Positions 27,199-40,700 of a DNA stretch of 64,000 bases are shown one piece after another (within the stretch, counting starts at the first letter, position 1; each line of letters begins with the position of its first letter). The position numbers and the translations under genes were made by a program. The notes under the pieces are model-generated. The model made no database searches. It was not told the DNA's origin and saw only the letters and a program-made list of their open reading frames with translations. This stretch comes from Zygnema circumcarinatum SAG 698-1b (lineage: Eukaryota > Plantae > Zygnematophyceae), in assembly GCA_037447605.1 (NCBI GenBank), contig CM074818.1, positions 756,617-820,616 of the forward strand. The letters are read 5' to 3'.

Positions 27199-27311
27199 AA
27201 CCCTAACCCTAATCTAACCCTAACCCTGATCTTAACCTAACCCTAACCCTAACCCTAACCCTAATCTAACCCTAACCCTCATCTTAACCCTAATTTTAAC
27301 CCTAATCCTAA
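27199..27311. repeat. Interstitial telomere-like (CCCTAA)n array
   Basis: About 18 perfect or degenerate CCCTAA hexamers, with scattered units from ~26950. Confidence 0.85.
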
Positions 27312-27760
27312 AATGAGAACAACTGTTGGGTCCCTTCTGCACCTCATGCGAAGTTCTTGGCCTTCGGCTGCCCCAACACTGAACCTAGACCTCCAAGCGC
27401 CATTCCGTGTCGCAGTTCCGTAACGCGATTGGATGTTCACATCGAGCCCCTGTTTTACACTCAGTAGAACAATCCAGCATATTTTTCCACCGACTCGTCG
27501 CCACAGCGAACCGTTGCACAGTTCAACAAAGCATTCAGTTAATTGTTAAGCAGCATAGAAGTTGTAGACACGTGTTTCCCTTTTATGCTAAAGTTCTCGT
27601 TTTGGTCACAGTTAGCGTTTTATTCAAAGAAGTATACAGAAGCGGTTCCATTTATTCCGTATATTTTGAAGTCCCAAAGTCGTAGGCCGTACCTATGGTC
27701 CGTACATATCACAACGTGTTGAAGTCCCGCACTTAAAGTCGCCGCGGTCCGCAGCGGAGC

Positions 27761-28760
27761 ACAGAAACAAAAAGAGACAAAATATATTGGGTAGTGATAT
27801 TTCCACCCCTTTTTTGGATCCAAACACCCCTTCCCGGCCGGGCAGATTTCAAAAAGGATTAAAAACGGAAAATGCTTTTTTCACACCTTTCTGGAATCGA
27901 TACCCACCCTCCATCGGCAGATCATATATTTTGCGAAACAAGGAAAATGATAACCCGTCACCCCATTTTGAATATCCCGCCTACCTGATTTTTTTTCACG
28001 CGTGCGGTCAATCGCAGCCGTCGATTTCCTCGCATATCGCAACACGACAGATCACTATTTGATCTGCAGCCGGGCTCGGTCACAGCGAATGGCACTTGCC
28101 CACGTATCCCGCCAAAGTCGTCTCAAAAGTTTGTCCGTACAAATGTGGTACGGTCGCAACTTTGAGGAACCCAAAATTTCATACATTGAGAGCTTGAACC
28201 AATCAAACGTTTCCACGTCGACATGTAACACCTGGCAGATGTTGATTGGCTAGAAGCTGACAATGACGAGATCTCGGGCCGAGGGACGCAAGCACTCGCA
28301 GGTGCGATCCGGCTTTGACGGGACTCGTGGGCGCTTTCCATTCGCTGAGATCGAGCCCGGCTGCAGATCGAACGGTGATCTGCAGTGGTGCGATCTGCGA
28401 GGGAATCGACAGCTGCGATTGATACGCACGTGTGAAGGACGGACACCCGCGAACGATCTCGGCGGACGGATCTTCCGCTCCGAGCGGATTCGGGCAGGCA
28501 GATATTTCTTTCCCTCTAAAAAAAAAATTCAGGGAGGCGGGATACAGTATTCAAAATGCAGTGACGGGGTATCATTTTCCTTGGTTAGAAAAAATAAAAT
28601 CAGCCTACGAAAGGTGGGTATCGATTCTAAAAAGGTGTGAAAAAAACATTTTCCGTTTTTAATCCTTTTTGAAATCTGCCCGGCCGGGAAGGGGTGTTTG
28701 GATCCAAAAAAGGGGTGGAAATATCACTACCCTAATTTTTTTGTCTCTTTTTGTTTCTGT
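27761..28760. mobile_element. ~1-kb foldback / MITE-like element
   Basis: Outer arms 27761-~27925 and ~28590-28760 are inverted copies (ACAGAAACAAAAAGAGACAAAA..GGGTAGTGATATTTCCACCCC); inner arms ~28000-28120 and ~28320-28432 are also inverted; non-coding. Confidence 0.75.
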
Positions 28761-28799
28761 TTGTTTTTTTACTACTCAATATATTTGGACATGTTAGGG

Positions 28800-28987
28800 G
28801 GAGTCAGACCTTGACCATCGCCAAATCAATTTCGTAAGCCTGTCGGGCGAATTAAGCATTGGCAGGTACGCATTTCGGTACGGCTATGTACGGTGGAGCC
28901 GCGGATCCCGACCCGGGATTCGTACACGAACCTTTTACTGTATGAGGAATTCGGGAATTTCGTAAGCGATGGTCAAGGTCGGACTCC
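28800..28987. mobile_element. Short MITE
   Basis: 22-bp TIRs GGAGTC(A/C)GACCTTGACCATCGC; terminus resembles the MITE at 43450; TSD not resolved. Confidence 0.55.
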
Positions 28988-29579
28988 TTCTGTTTGAAAC
29001 TAAATCAAATACGGCCAAGCAATCCGATTATGCCGTCTGTCGTTAGCCAGCCGCCTGCCATCTGTCCCCTTCTGGAAGTCCGGCAGTTATTGAAAAAACA
29101 GAACAAGTACTTTTCTAAAAGCCCGAGTACCAAAGAACCAACAGATAGTAGTACTAATTATTTGTTTGGTTTAGACCTCCTGGTGGAATCCAGGCTGGCC
29201 CTAGCGACTGTGTGGACCCTTTCATCACCTTCAATGGACAATTTGACTGTACGGAAATCTTGATTGTTGTCGTACTACTGGAGAAGGACGTATGGATGTG
29301 ACGTGGTGCCTCGACTGCTTGGTGTCAAATTTTGGAAATTAGCAAACAGCCAAAATATGGTCAAACAGGTCAAACTGAGTCTCGTACCTTGCCGACTGAT
29401 TGTGTACTGTACCTTGACCGGATACTCGGGAATTTCACGTGACCGTACAGTTGTAGTTTGTTTTTTAGGGGTACACATAACTGTCCGCTGCGGCCGAAAC
29501 AAAAATTTGAAATTTAGAAATGCGGAACCTTTGGTTATTTTCAATCGAAATTTCTGGCATAAAAATGTCTGCATCTCCC

Positions 29580-31140
29580 CCTTTTATTTTGGAAAGTACT
29601 ATTTACAGTGTTCTTTTTCAGAAAACAGTCACTCTTTCGCCGGGCAGCTTGTACAAAGGATTTTTTAGCGAAAAATGCTGTTTCATACTTTTTAGAATAG
29701 ATACAGACCTTTTTTCGTTGGGTGTACGGATGGTGATTTGAATGTACGAAGGCCGCGTCTACAATGTAAGGGCGCAACACGTGGAGCGACATGATTGGAC
29801 GGGGCAACAGATGACGTGACAAGTATGCTTGGGACCGTGACGTGACGAAACGAGACGCGAAAAAAGTGGAGTCCGCGGACGGCAGTCGGAAATGGCGCGA
29901 AAAAAAACTGACAGACTTTAAAAACCCATTTTAGGGTTTTTGCGTGCGTCTGCCGCACCTCCTCTGTACAGTTCGCGCAGGCAGCAGGAGATGAGATCCC
30001 TCACACGTAGAGGATCAATTGGAGACTGCTCTGATGCAAGCCTCTTGGATAGGCTTTAGTAATCATTCAGGCATTGGACCAGGCAAGGTGTTGATAGGGA
30101 TGATAGAAGCATTCAGGCAGCAGAAGGAGAGCGGGATGAAGTGAACAGGATGTTGGACATATGAAATGACAGAATTTTCTTGAAGCGTACCCCGGCCATG
30201 GTGTGGCTGGGAATTTTCTGTATATCAAAAAGTCTCCTTATAGACACTCAAAAACCGTAAAATGGGTTTTTAAAGTTTGTCAGTTTTAATTCCCGCCATT
30301 TCCGACTGCCATCCGCGGACTCCACTTTTTTCGCGTCTTGTTTCGTCACGTCACGGTCCCAAACATACTTGTCACGTCATATGTTGCAGCGACCAATCAT
30401 AACGCTCCACGTGTTGCGCCGTTATACCTTGTAAAGGCGGGCGCATTGTACAGTGGGGGGTCCTCGTATTTACCACCCCAAGGAGTGCGTCGTCAATATT
30501 TTCGCCCCAATTTTGCCGAAACCACTTTTTTGTACGGTAACTTGTGTTAGCCGTACTGTTCGTACTGTTCGTACTGCCCGTACTGTCCTTATTATCTGTA
30601 CTAGCCGTTACGGGCTTACGCAAAACGCACCTGATCTCCCCGCTCGTGCCGCCGTAAGAGGCGCTCGCTCCTCTCCCCGACTTCTTGACTTAGATACGAT
30701 ACGGTACGATACGATACGGTCAATATGATACGAAACTCCCCGATGGTTGGATAACGACAGTATGTACGACAGTATATGCGTCACGATATGTCACGATACG
30801 ATACGATGCTAAATGATACAGTACGATATGGTACGATATGGTACGGTACGATACGTACGGTTCAACATGAACTTTAACATAATACCGCCCGTCTATTCGT
30901 AACACGAACCTTATATATGCAAATTTAATATTTTCGCCTCATTTTGCCCGGAACCAGGGTGGAAAATATGAGGACCCCCTACTGTACATTCAAAATCACC
31001 ATCCGTACACCCGACGAAAAAGGTCTGTATCTATTCTGAAAAGTATGAAACAGCATTTTTCCCTAAAAAATCCTTTGTACAAGCTGCCCGGCGAAAAAGT
31101 GACTGTTTTCCCAAAAAAGACATTGTAAATAGTACATTCC
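29580..31140. mobile_element. Foldback element with ~360-bp arms, right arm interrupted by a MITE
   Basis: ~29580-29945 is the reverse complement of ~30250-30448 plus ~30987-31140; ~300-bp unique spacer. Confidence 0.7.
30451..30984. mobile_element. Tc1/mariner-type MITE
   Basis: TIRs CAGT(G/A)GGGGGTCCTC, TA duplicated on both sides; the empty TA site is preserved in the opposite foldback arm (~29750); internal (ACGAT)n repeats. Confidence 0.75.
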
Positions 31141-31724
31141 TTTATTTATTTTTTTATTTATTTTTTTTTTATTCCCGACTCCCGACTCAACCATTTTTTT
31201 CCCGAACCACAACTCAGAAATAGATAAAAAAAATAATAATTCAATAGAATATAATAAGATATCAGTTTGTTTGAAATGATTTCTTTATTTCGAATTTTCA
31301 CTGAAAGTCAATTTTCTGTACCAAATTTCCCGGTGGTACGGTCAGTCGTGTAAGGCACGGCTTGTGTCAAAGCGGTTTCCGTACCGTACGAGACCGTACT
31401 TTCATACCAGACATCATGGAATTTGTACGGTACGGTTAATAAATTTTTGTCTGACACGCACTGTACACCGACTTCCTTGAGCTGACCGCGGTTCATCGCA
31501 AAACCCCCGTAAAACATTTCTCCGTCCCAACTCGACATAAAACAAATTACTTTACTGGGCCGTCACTCCGATCCAAGGCCTGTCACGGTATTTTTTCCCT
31601 GCCCGCTCCCAACAATTTTTCCATTTCTCATTTTTCTCGTCCTTCCCAGGGTAGCCGCCCGAGCCCCCGTCCCCCCCGGCCGCCAACTCAGATCCGGTCC
31701 CGCACAGCCTGCCATTCCGAAGCC

Positions 31725-34700
31725 ATGGCTGCCACGAGGGAGGCGGCGCCGCCATGGATGCGGCCATGGCGGATCCTCCTCGTTGTGCTGCTGAGCGTAG
31801 GGGGGGAGTGCCACGTGGCACAGGAAGAGGACACGTGGCAAGTGGAGGTGGAAGCAGGCCTCAAGGCTCTGCGGCGCCATGGCGGGTTCGGGGAGGCGGC
31901 ATGGGCGGGCGAGGAGGTTGTCTGGGCGGCGGGGCGGGGAGGGAGAGGGAGGACGCTGCTCGCGCCGACAGACAGAGCGGTGGAGGGCGTGGAGAGGGGG
32001 GAGCTGCGCAGGGCCATGGGGATGCATCTCCTGCGGGAGAGGCTGCCGTTCCAGGAGCTGAAGGTGAGAAAGGGGGGGAGAGGGAGAGGGAGAGTGAGGA
32101 AGAGGGAGAGGGAGAGAGAGGGAGAGGAAGAGAGTGGGGGAGAGGGTGTGTGGGAGGGAGTGAAGGGAGAGGAAGAGAAAGGGGGAGGGGGAGGGTGAGG
32201 GCGAGGGGGAGGGGAAACGGTGGCTGAGTGAGGATTTGGGGAGTAGCAAGGGATTGTAGGGAGGACGTGGAGGGAGAAGCGGCGAGGAAAGAAGAAGGTT
32301 AGGGTTGGGGAGGGAGAGGGTGAAGGGCAGAAAGCGAGGAGGGGGGAGAAGGAAGAGAGAGGGAGTGGGGAGTCGGAAGGGAATGTAGGGAGGACGAGGG
32401 AGGGAAAGTGGGGAGGAATGGAGAGGGAGAGACCTGTGGGAGAAAGGTGGAGAGGGAATGTGGGGTGGGAGACAGAGGGAAAGACTAGGGGGAGGGGGTA
32501 GGCGGGGGAGGGATTGGGGAGGGAATGGGGATTGGAGAGCGAGAAGACTGGAGAGGGAGACGGCAGGAGAAGGTGAATGGGAGGCAGAAAGGCTCAGGGT
32601 AGGGAGAGAATGTGGGGAGAGAGACGGAGGGAGAGTCTAGGGGGAGGGATTGGGGAGTGGGAGAGAGAGAAGAGTGGAGAGGGGGATGGCAGGAGAAGGT
32701 GAATGGGGGGCAGGAAGGCGCAGGGTAGGGAGAGAATGTGGGGAGAGAGACGGATGGAGAGACGAAGGGGAGGGATTGGGGAGTGGGAGAGCGAGAAGAG
32801 TGGAGAGGGGACGGCAGGAGAAGGTGAAATGGGAGGGAAAAGGGCGCAGGTTAGGGAGAGAATGTGGGAGGGAGACGGAGGGAGAGACTAGGGGGTGGGA
32901 TTGGGGAGTGGGAGAGCGAGAAGAGTGGAGAGGGAGACGGCAGGAGAAGGTGAATGCGAGGCAGAAAGGCGCAGGGTAGGGAGAGAATGTGGGGCGGGAG
33001 ACGGAGGAGAGGGGGAGAGGTAAGGACCATGGTAAGAGGAGTGGGAAGTGCGGAGGAAATGTGGGGAGGGAGGTGAAAGGAGTGTGGATGGAGATTGAGG
33101 GAGAGGGAAATGGAGTGAACAGTGAATATTGGGAGGGGGAGAGGGGTGGAGAAGGTATAGGAGGGGAAAGGAGAGGGGGCAGGGAAGAATGAAATGAAGG
33201 GGAATGTAGGGTTTGAAAACGAAAGGAAATATGAGGGAGCTGTAGGAGGAGGGAGGGAAGAGAGAGGGAGGGGAAGAGGGAGAGGAAACGAATGGAGGGG
33301 GTCGAGGATTGGAGAGCAGGAGGGCGGGGAGGAAAAGAAGGGGAGGGAGATGAACGAGAGACGGCAGGAAAAAGAAAAAAAATGGAGGTGAGGACGGGTA
33401 ATCAGTTGAACATGGTATTCCTATAGTTTTTTTTGCTTGTAGTCACATAATGTCGTCCGTTAGTGACATAGTGACTTTTATGTTTACGAGGGTGTTTCCG
33501 CCAGGGGGGTGTGAACACAGAGCATGTCACTTGTATGCTGTTCTTGAGAATCCGACAAGACATTCTTTTGAATGCAGGCCATTGGATCGGGAAGATGGGA
33601 GATTCCTACTCTCTCGAATGTTCCTGTCTATGCCTCGGCTAAGCCTCCTATGCATTGTTCCATCGACCCAATGTCTGATACTCCACCCGGAATAATCTTC
33701 AACAATATCTCCAATATATATGTCGGACCCAGCCTTGTAATTCATGGAATTGACCGTACATTGGTTTCTCCTTCAATCTTAAAATCCTACTCCTCAATCC
33801 CTCGAGCAGAATCGCTCGAAAACTTGCAGCCTCTCTCTCTCTCCCGTCACCTCTTGCAATCTTCTGAAGCACCACCGCTAGTGGGAAAGCATCCACCTGG
33901 TGTGGGTGGGCACCCTCCGGGTGTGGGAAGGAGAGGACCTCGGGGAAGGCATCCGCCTGGTGTAGGGCGCCGTCCTCCTGGAACTGGTCACCACCCTCTT
34001 GGAACTGGTCACCACCCTCCTGGAACTGGTCACCACCCTCTTGGAACTGGTCACCACCCTCCTGGAACTGGTCGCCACCCTCCTGGAACTGGTCGCCATC
34101 CTCCTGGATTCGGGCGCCACCCTCCTGGAACAGGGCACCACCCTCCACGTTCTGGAAAGCGATGCCACAAGGACCCAACTCGCTGTCTCCGTGTCGATTA
34201 CAATCCCGTGCTCCTTAGCGATCCGGGCGCGACCACCTGCTGCAGGTACGCTGAATTCATGATTTGTTTCACTGTACCTCCTCTTCTTTTAAAAACCATT
34301 TCAAAGTCCTATCTGGGCTATTGTCTTTCTTTTTTGATGTGTTTCTCAACTGCGGATCTTAACGCCTCCCTTTTGATGTGTGCAGTAAGACCTGTGTGAA
34401 CATTCAGACGGATAGCAAACATTGTGGGGCCTGCTTCGTCCGGTGTAGCCGGGGAGTGTCCTGCCTAGTTGGGAAATGTAACGAGACACTAACTCCCCCC
34501 ATACCAACGAGTCCGTCTCCCCCACCCCCACTTACTATTAGCCCATCTCCTCCATCTCCAGTGACTACGAGCCCCTCTCCCCCACCCCCAATATCCATTA
34601 CCCCAACTACTCCACCTTCAGTGACTTCAAGCCCCTCTCCCCCACCCCCCATAACCGTTACCCCAAATCCTCCACCTCCACTAACTACAAGCCCCTCTCC

Positions 34701-37700
34701 CCCACCCCCCATAACCATTACCCCAACTCCTCCACCTCCAGTGACTACAAGCCCCTCTCCCCCACCCCCCATAACCATTACCCCATCTCCTCCACCTCTA
34801 GTGACTACGAGCCCCTCTCCCCCACCTCCCATAACCATTACCCCAACTCCACCTCCAGTGACTACAAGCCCCTCTCCCCCACCCCCCATATCCATTACCC
34901 CAACTCCACCTCCAGTGACTACAAGCCCCTCTCCCCCACCCCCCATATCCATTACCCCAACTCCACCTCCACTAACCACCCCCTCATAACCGTTACCCCA
35001 AATCCTCCACCTCCACTAACTACAAGCCCCTCTCCCCCACCCCCCATAACCATTACCCCAACTCCTCCACCTCCAGTGATCACAAGCCCGTCTCCCCCAC
35101 CCACCATAGCCATTACCCCATCTCCTCCACCTCTAGTGACTACGAGCCCCTCTCCCCCACCTCCCATAACCATTACCCCAACTCCACCTCCACTAACCAC
35201 GAGTCCCTCTCCCCCACCCCCAATAACCATTACCCCAACTCCACCTCCAGTGACTACAAGCCCCTCTCCCCCACCCCCCATATCCATTACCCCAACTCCA
35301 CCTCCACTAACCACGAGCCCCTCTCCCCCACCCCCCATAACCGTTACCCCAAATCCTCCACCTCCACTAACTACAAGCCCCTCTCCCCCACCCCCCATAA
35401 CCATTACCCCAACTCCTCCACCTCCAGTGATCACAAGCCCGTCTCCCCCACCCACCATAGCCATTACCCCAACTCCTCCACCTCCAGTGACTACGAGCCC
35501 CTCTCCCCCACCTCCCATAACCATTACCCCAACTCCACCTCCACTAACCACGAGTCCCTCTCCCCCACCCCCAATAACCATTACCCCAACTCCTCCACCT
35601 CCAGTGACTACAAGCCCCTCTCCCCCACCCCCCATATCCATTACCCCAACTCCACCTCCACCCCACACCCCCCATAACCGTTACCCCAAATCCTCCACCT
35701 CCACTAACTACAAGCCCCTCTCCCCCACCCCCCTTAACCATTACCCCAACTCCTCCACCTCCAATGATCACAAGCCCGTCTCCCCCACCCACCATAGCCA
35801 TTACCCCATCTCCTCCACCTGTAGTGACTACGAGCCCCTCTCCCCCACCTCCCATAACCATTACCCCAACTCCACCTCCAGTGACTACAAGCCCCTCTCC
35901 CCCACCCCCCATAACCATTACCCCATCTCCACCACCAGTGACAACGAGCCCCTCTCCCCCACCCCCCATAACCATTACCCCAACTCCTCCACCTCCAGTG
36001 ACTACAAGCCCCTCTCCCCCACCCCCCATAACCATTACCCCAACTCCTCCACCTCAAGTGACTACAAGCCCCTCTCCCCCACCCCCCATAACAATCACCC
36101 CAACTCCTCCACCACCAGTGACTACGAGCCCCTCTCTCCGACCACCCATAACCATTACACCATCTCCTCCACCTCCACTAACTACGAGCCCCTCTCCTCC
36201 ACCCCCCATAACCATTACCCCAACTCCACCTCCAGTGACCACGAGCCCCTCTCCCCCACCCCCCATAACCATTACCCCATCTCCTCCACCTCCACTGACT
36301 ACAAGCCCCTCTCCCCCACCCCCCATAACCATTACCCCAACTCCACCTCCAGTGACTACGAGCCCCTCTCCCCCACCCCCCATAACCATTACCCCATCTC
36401 CTCCACCTCCAGTGACCACGAGCCCCTCTCCTCCACCCCCCATAACCATTACCCCAACTCCACCTCCAGTGACTACAAGCCCCTCTCCCCCACCCCCCAT
36501 AACCATTACCCCAACTCCTCCACCTCCTGTGACTACAAGCCCCTCTCCCCCACCCCCCATAACCATCACCCCAACTCCTCCACCTCCAGTGACTACGAGC
36601 CCCTCTCTCCGACCACCCATAACCATTACACCATCTCCTCCACCTCCACTAACTACGAGAGCCCTCTCCTCCAACCCCCCATAACCATTACCCCATCTCC
36701 ACCACCAGTGACAACGAGCCCCTCTCCCCCACCCCCCATAACCATTACCCCAACTCCTCCACCACCAATGACTACGAGCCCCTCTCCCCCACCCCCCATA
36801 ACCATTACCCCATCTCCTCCACCACTAGTGACTACAAGCCCGTCTCCCCCACCACCCATAACCATTACTCCAACTCCTCCACCTCTAGTGACTACGAGCC
36901 CCTCTCCCCCACCCCCCATAACCATTACCCCATCTCCTCCACCTCCAGTGACCCCCCCCATAACCATTACCCCAAATCCTCCACCTCCAGTGACCACGAG
37001 GCCCACTCCTCCACCTCCCATAACCATTTCTCCATCTCGTCCACCTCCAGTGACTACAAGCCTCTCTCCGCCACCCCCCATAACCATTACCCCATCTCCT
37101 CCACCTCCAATGACTACAAGCCCCTCTCCCCCACCCCCCATAACCATTACCCCATCTCCACCACCAGTGACAACGAGCCCCTCTCCCCCACCCCCCATAA
37201 CCATTACCCCATCTCCTCCACCTCCACTGACTACAAGCCCCTCTCCCCCACCCCCCATAACAGTTACCCCAACTCCTCCACCTCCAGTGACTACGAGCCC
37301 CTCTCCCCCACCCCCCATAACCATTACCCCATCTCCACCACCAGTGACCAGTCTCCCCCACTAACCATTACCCCTCTCCTCCACCTCCACTAACTACGAG
37401 CCCCTCTCCTCCAACCCCCATAACAGTTACCCCAACTCCTCCACCTCAAGTGACTACGAGCCCCTCTCCCCCACCCCCCATAACCATTACTCCAACTCCT
37501 CCACCTCCAGTGACTACGAGCCCCTCTCCCCCACCCCCCATAACCATTACCCCATCTCCTCCACCTCCAATGACTACAAGCCCCTCTCCCCCACCCCCAT
37601 AATAGTTACCCCAACTCCACCTCCAGTGACTACGAGCCCCTCTCCCCCACCCCCCATAACCATTACCCCATCTCCTCCACCTCCATTGATCTCCACCACA

Positions 37701-40700
37701 AGCCCCTCTCCCCCACCCCCCATAACCATTACCCCAACTCCTCCACCACCAGGGACTACGAGCCCCTCTCCCCCACCCCCCATAACCATTACCCCATCTC
37801 CACCTCCAGAGACTACGAGCCCCTCTCCCCCACCCCCCATAACCATTACCCCATCTCCTCCACCTCCAGTGATTACAAGCCCCTCTCCCCCACCCCCCAT
37901 AACCATAACCCCATCTCCACCACCAGTGACTACGAGCCCCTCTCTCCCACCACCCATAACCATTACCCCATCTCCTCCACCTCCACTAACTACGAGCCCC
38001 TCTCCTCCAACCCCCATAACAGTTACCCCAACTCCTCCACCTCAAGTGACTGAGCCTCTCGACCCCCTCATTACTCCAACCCTCCACCCCCCATCTCCCC
38101 CACCCCCCATAACCATTACCCCATCTCCTCCACCTCCAGTGACTACGAGCCCCTCTCCTCCACCCCCCATAACCATTACCCCAAATCCTCCACCTCCAGT
38201 GACCACGAGGCCCTCTCCTCCACCTCCCATAACCATTTCTCCATCTCGTCCACCTCCAGTGACTACGAGCCACTCTCCCCCACCCCCCATAACCATTACC
38301 CCATCTCCTCCACCTCCAATGACTACAAGCCCCTCTCCCCCACCCCCCATAACCATTACCCCATCTCCACCACCAGTGACAACGAGCCCCTCTCCCCCAC
38401 CCCCCATCCAGTGAACCACCCCCCATAACCATTACCCCATCTCCTCCACCTCCAGTGACTACGAGCCCCTCTCCTCCACCCCCCATAACCATTACCCCAA
38501 ATCCTCCACCTCCAGTGACCACGAGGCCCTCTCCTCCACCTCCCATAACCATTTCTCCATCTCGTCCACCTCCAGTGACTACGAGCCACTCTCCCCCACC
38601 CCCCATAACCATTACCCCATCTCCTCCACCTCCAGTGACTACAAGCCCCTCTCCCCCACCCCCCATAACCATTACCCCATCTCCACCACCAGTGACAACC
38701 CCCCATAACCATTACCCCATCTCCTCCACCTCCACTGACTACAAGCCCCTCTCCCCCACCCCCCATAACCATTACCCCATCTCCACCACCAGTGACTACG
38801 AGCCCCTCTCCCCCACCCCCCATAACCATTACCCCAACTCCTCCACCACCAGTGACAACGAGCCCCTCTCCCCCACCCCCCATAACCATTACCCCAACTC
38901 CTCCACCTCCAGTGACTACGAGCCCCTCTCCCCCACCCCCCATAACCATTACCCCATCTCCACCACCAGTGACAACGAGCCCCTCTCCCCCACCCCCCAT
39001 AACCATTACCCCTTCTCCTCCACCTCCACTGCCCCCATAACCATTACCCCATCTCCTCCACCTCCAAAGACTACGAACCCCTCTCTTCCACCACCCATAA
39101 CCATTATCCCATCTCCTCCACCTCCTAGGATCCCATCTTTCCCACCCCCGGTTACCATTATTTCAACACCCCCTCCACCCGTTATTGTGACTCCATTCCC
39201 TCCGCCACCTCCACCAGCCATATTCCCCCCGTCGGAGGCACCTACTCCCGGACCTACTCCTTTCGAGCCCCCGACTCCATCACCAGCTCGCGGACCCTCG
39301 CCATTTTCGCCCCCGACTCCATCACCAGCTCCCGGACCCTCTCCATTTGCGCCTCCCCAACCACCAGCTCCCGGACCCTCTCCATTTCGAGCCTCCGACT
39401 CCACCACCAGCTCCCGGACCCTCTCCATTCGCGACCCCGACTCCATCACCTGCTCCCGAACCCTCTCCATTTGCTCCCCCGACTCCATCACCAGCTCCCA
39501 GACCCTCTCCATTTGCTCCCCCGACTCCATCACCAGCTCCCGGACTCTCTCTCCATTTAAGCCCCGACTCCATCCACCAGCTCCCGAGACCCTCTCCATT
39601 TCGCCCCGACTCCATCCACCAGCTCCCGGACCCTCCATTTGCTCCCCGACTCATCACCAGCTCCCAGGACCCCTCTCCATTTGCTCCCAGGCTCATCACC
39701 AGCTCAGGACTCTCTCCATTTAAGCCCCGACTCATCACCAGCTCCCGGACTCTCTCCATTTGCGCCCCCGACTCCATCACCAGCTCCCGGACCCTCTCCA
39801 TTTGCGCCCCCGACTCCATCACCAGCTCCCGGACCCTCTCCATTTGCGCCCCCGACTCCATCACCAGCTCCCGGACCCTCTCCATTTGAGCCCCCGACTC
39901 CATCACCAGCTCCCGGACCCTCTCCATTTGCGCCCCCGACTCCATCACCAGCTCCCGGACCCTCTCCATTTGCGCCCCCGACTCCATCACCAGCTCCCGG
40001 ACCCTCTCCTTTCGAGCCTCCCCAACCACCAGCTCCCGGACCCTCTTCGCGCTCCCGGACCCCGCTCTCTCCATCACCTGCTCCCGGACCCTCTCCATTT
40101 GCGCCCCCGACTCCATCACCAGCTCCCGGACCCTCTCCATTCGCGCCCCCGACTCCATCACCAGCTCCCGGACCCTCTCCATTCCAGCCCCCGACTCCAT
40201 CACCAGCTCCCGGACCCTCTCCATTTGCCCCGACTCCCCGACTCCATCACCAGCTCCCGGACCCTCTCCATTTGCGCCCCCGACTCCATCACCAGCTCCC
40301 GGACCCTCTCCATTTGCGCCCCCGACTCCATCACCAGCTCCCGGACCCTCTCCATTTGCTCCCCCGACTCCACCAGCTCCCGGACCCTCTCCTTTCGAGC
40401 CTCCCCAACCACCAGCTCCCGGACCCTCTCCATTTGCGCCCCCGACTCCATCACCATCTCCCGGACCCTCTCCTTTCGAGCCTCCCCAACCACCAGCTCC
40501 CGGACCCTCTCCATTTGCTCCCCCGACTCCATCACCAGCTCCCGGACCCTCGCCATTCGCGACCCCGACTCCATCACCTGCTCCCGGACCCTCTCCATTT
40601 GCTCCCCCGACTCCATCACCAGCTCCCGGACCCTCTCCATTTGCTCCCCCGACTCCATCACCAGCTCCCGGACCCTCTCCATTCGAGGACCCTCCCATTC

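Noticed and set aside
31308-31538. 76-aa minus-strand ORF divergent from the fasciclin gene
   Set aside because: Lies in CCGTAC-rich repeat-like DNA, has no recognisable motif or splice support.
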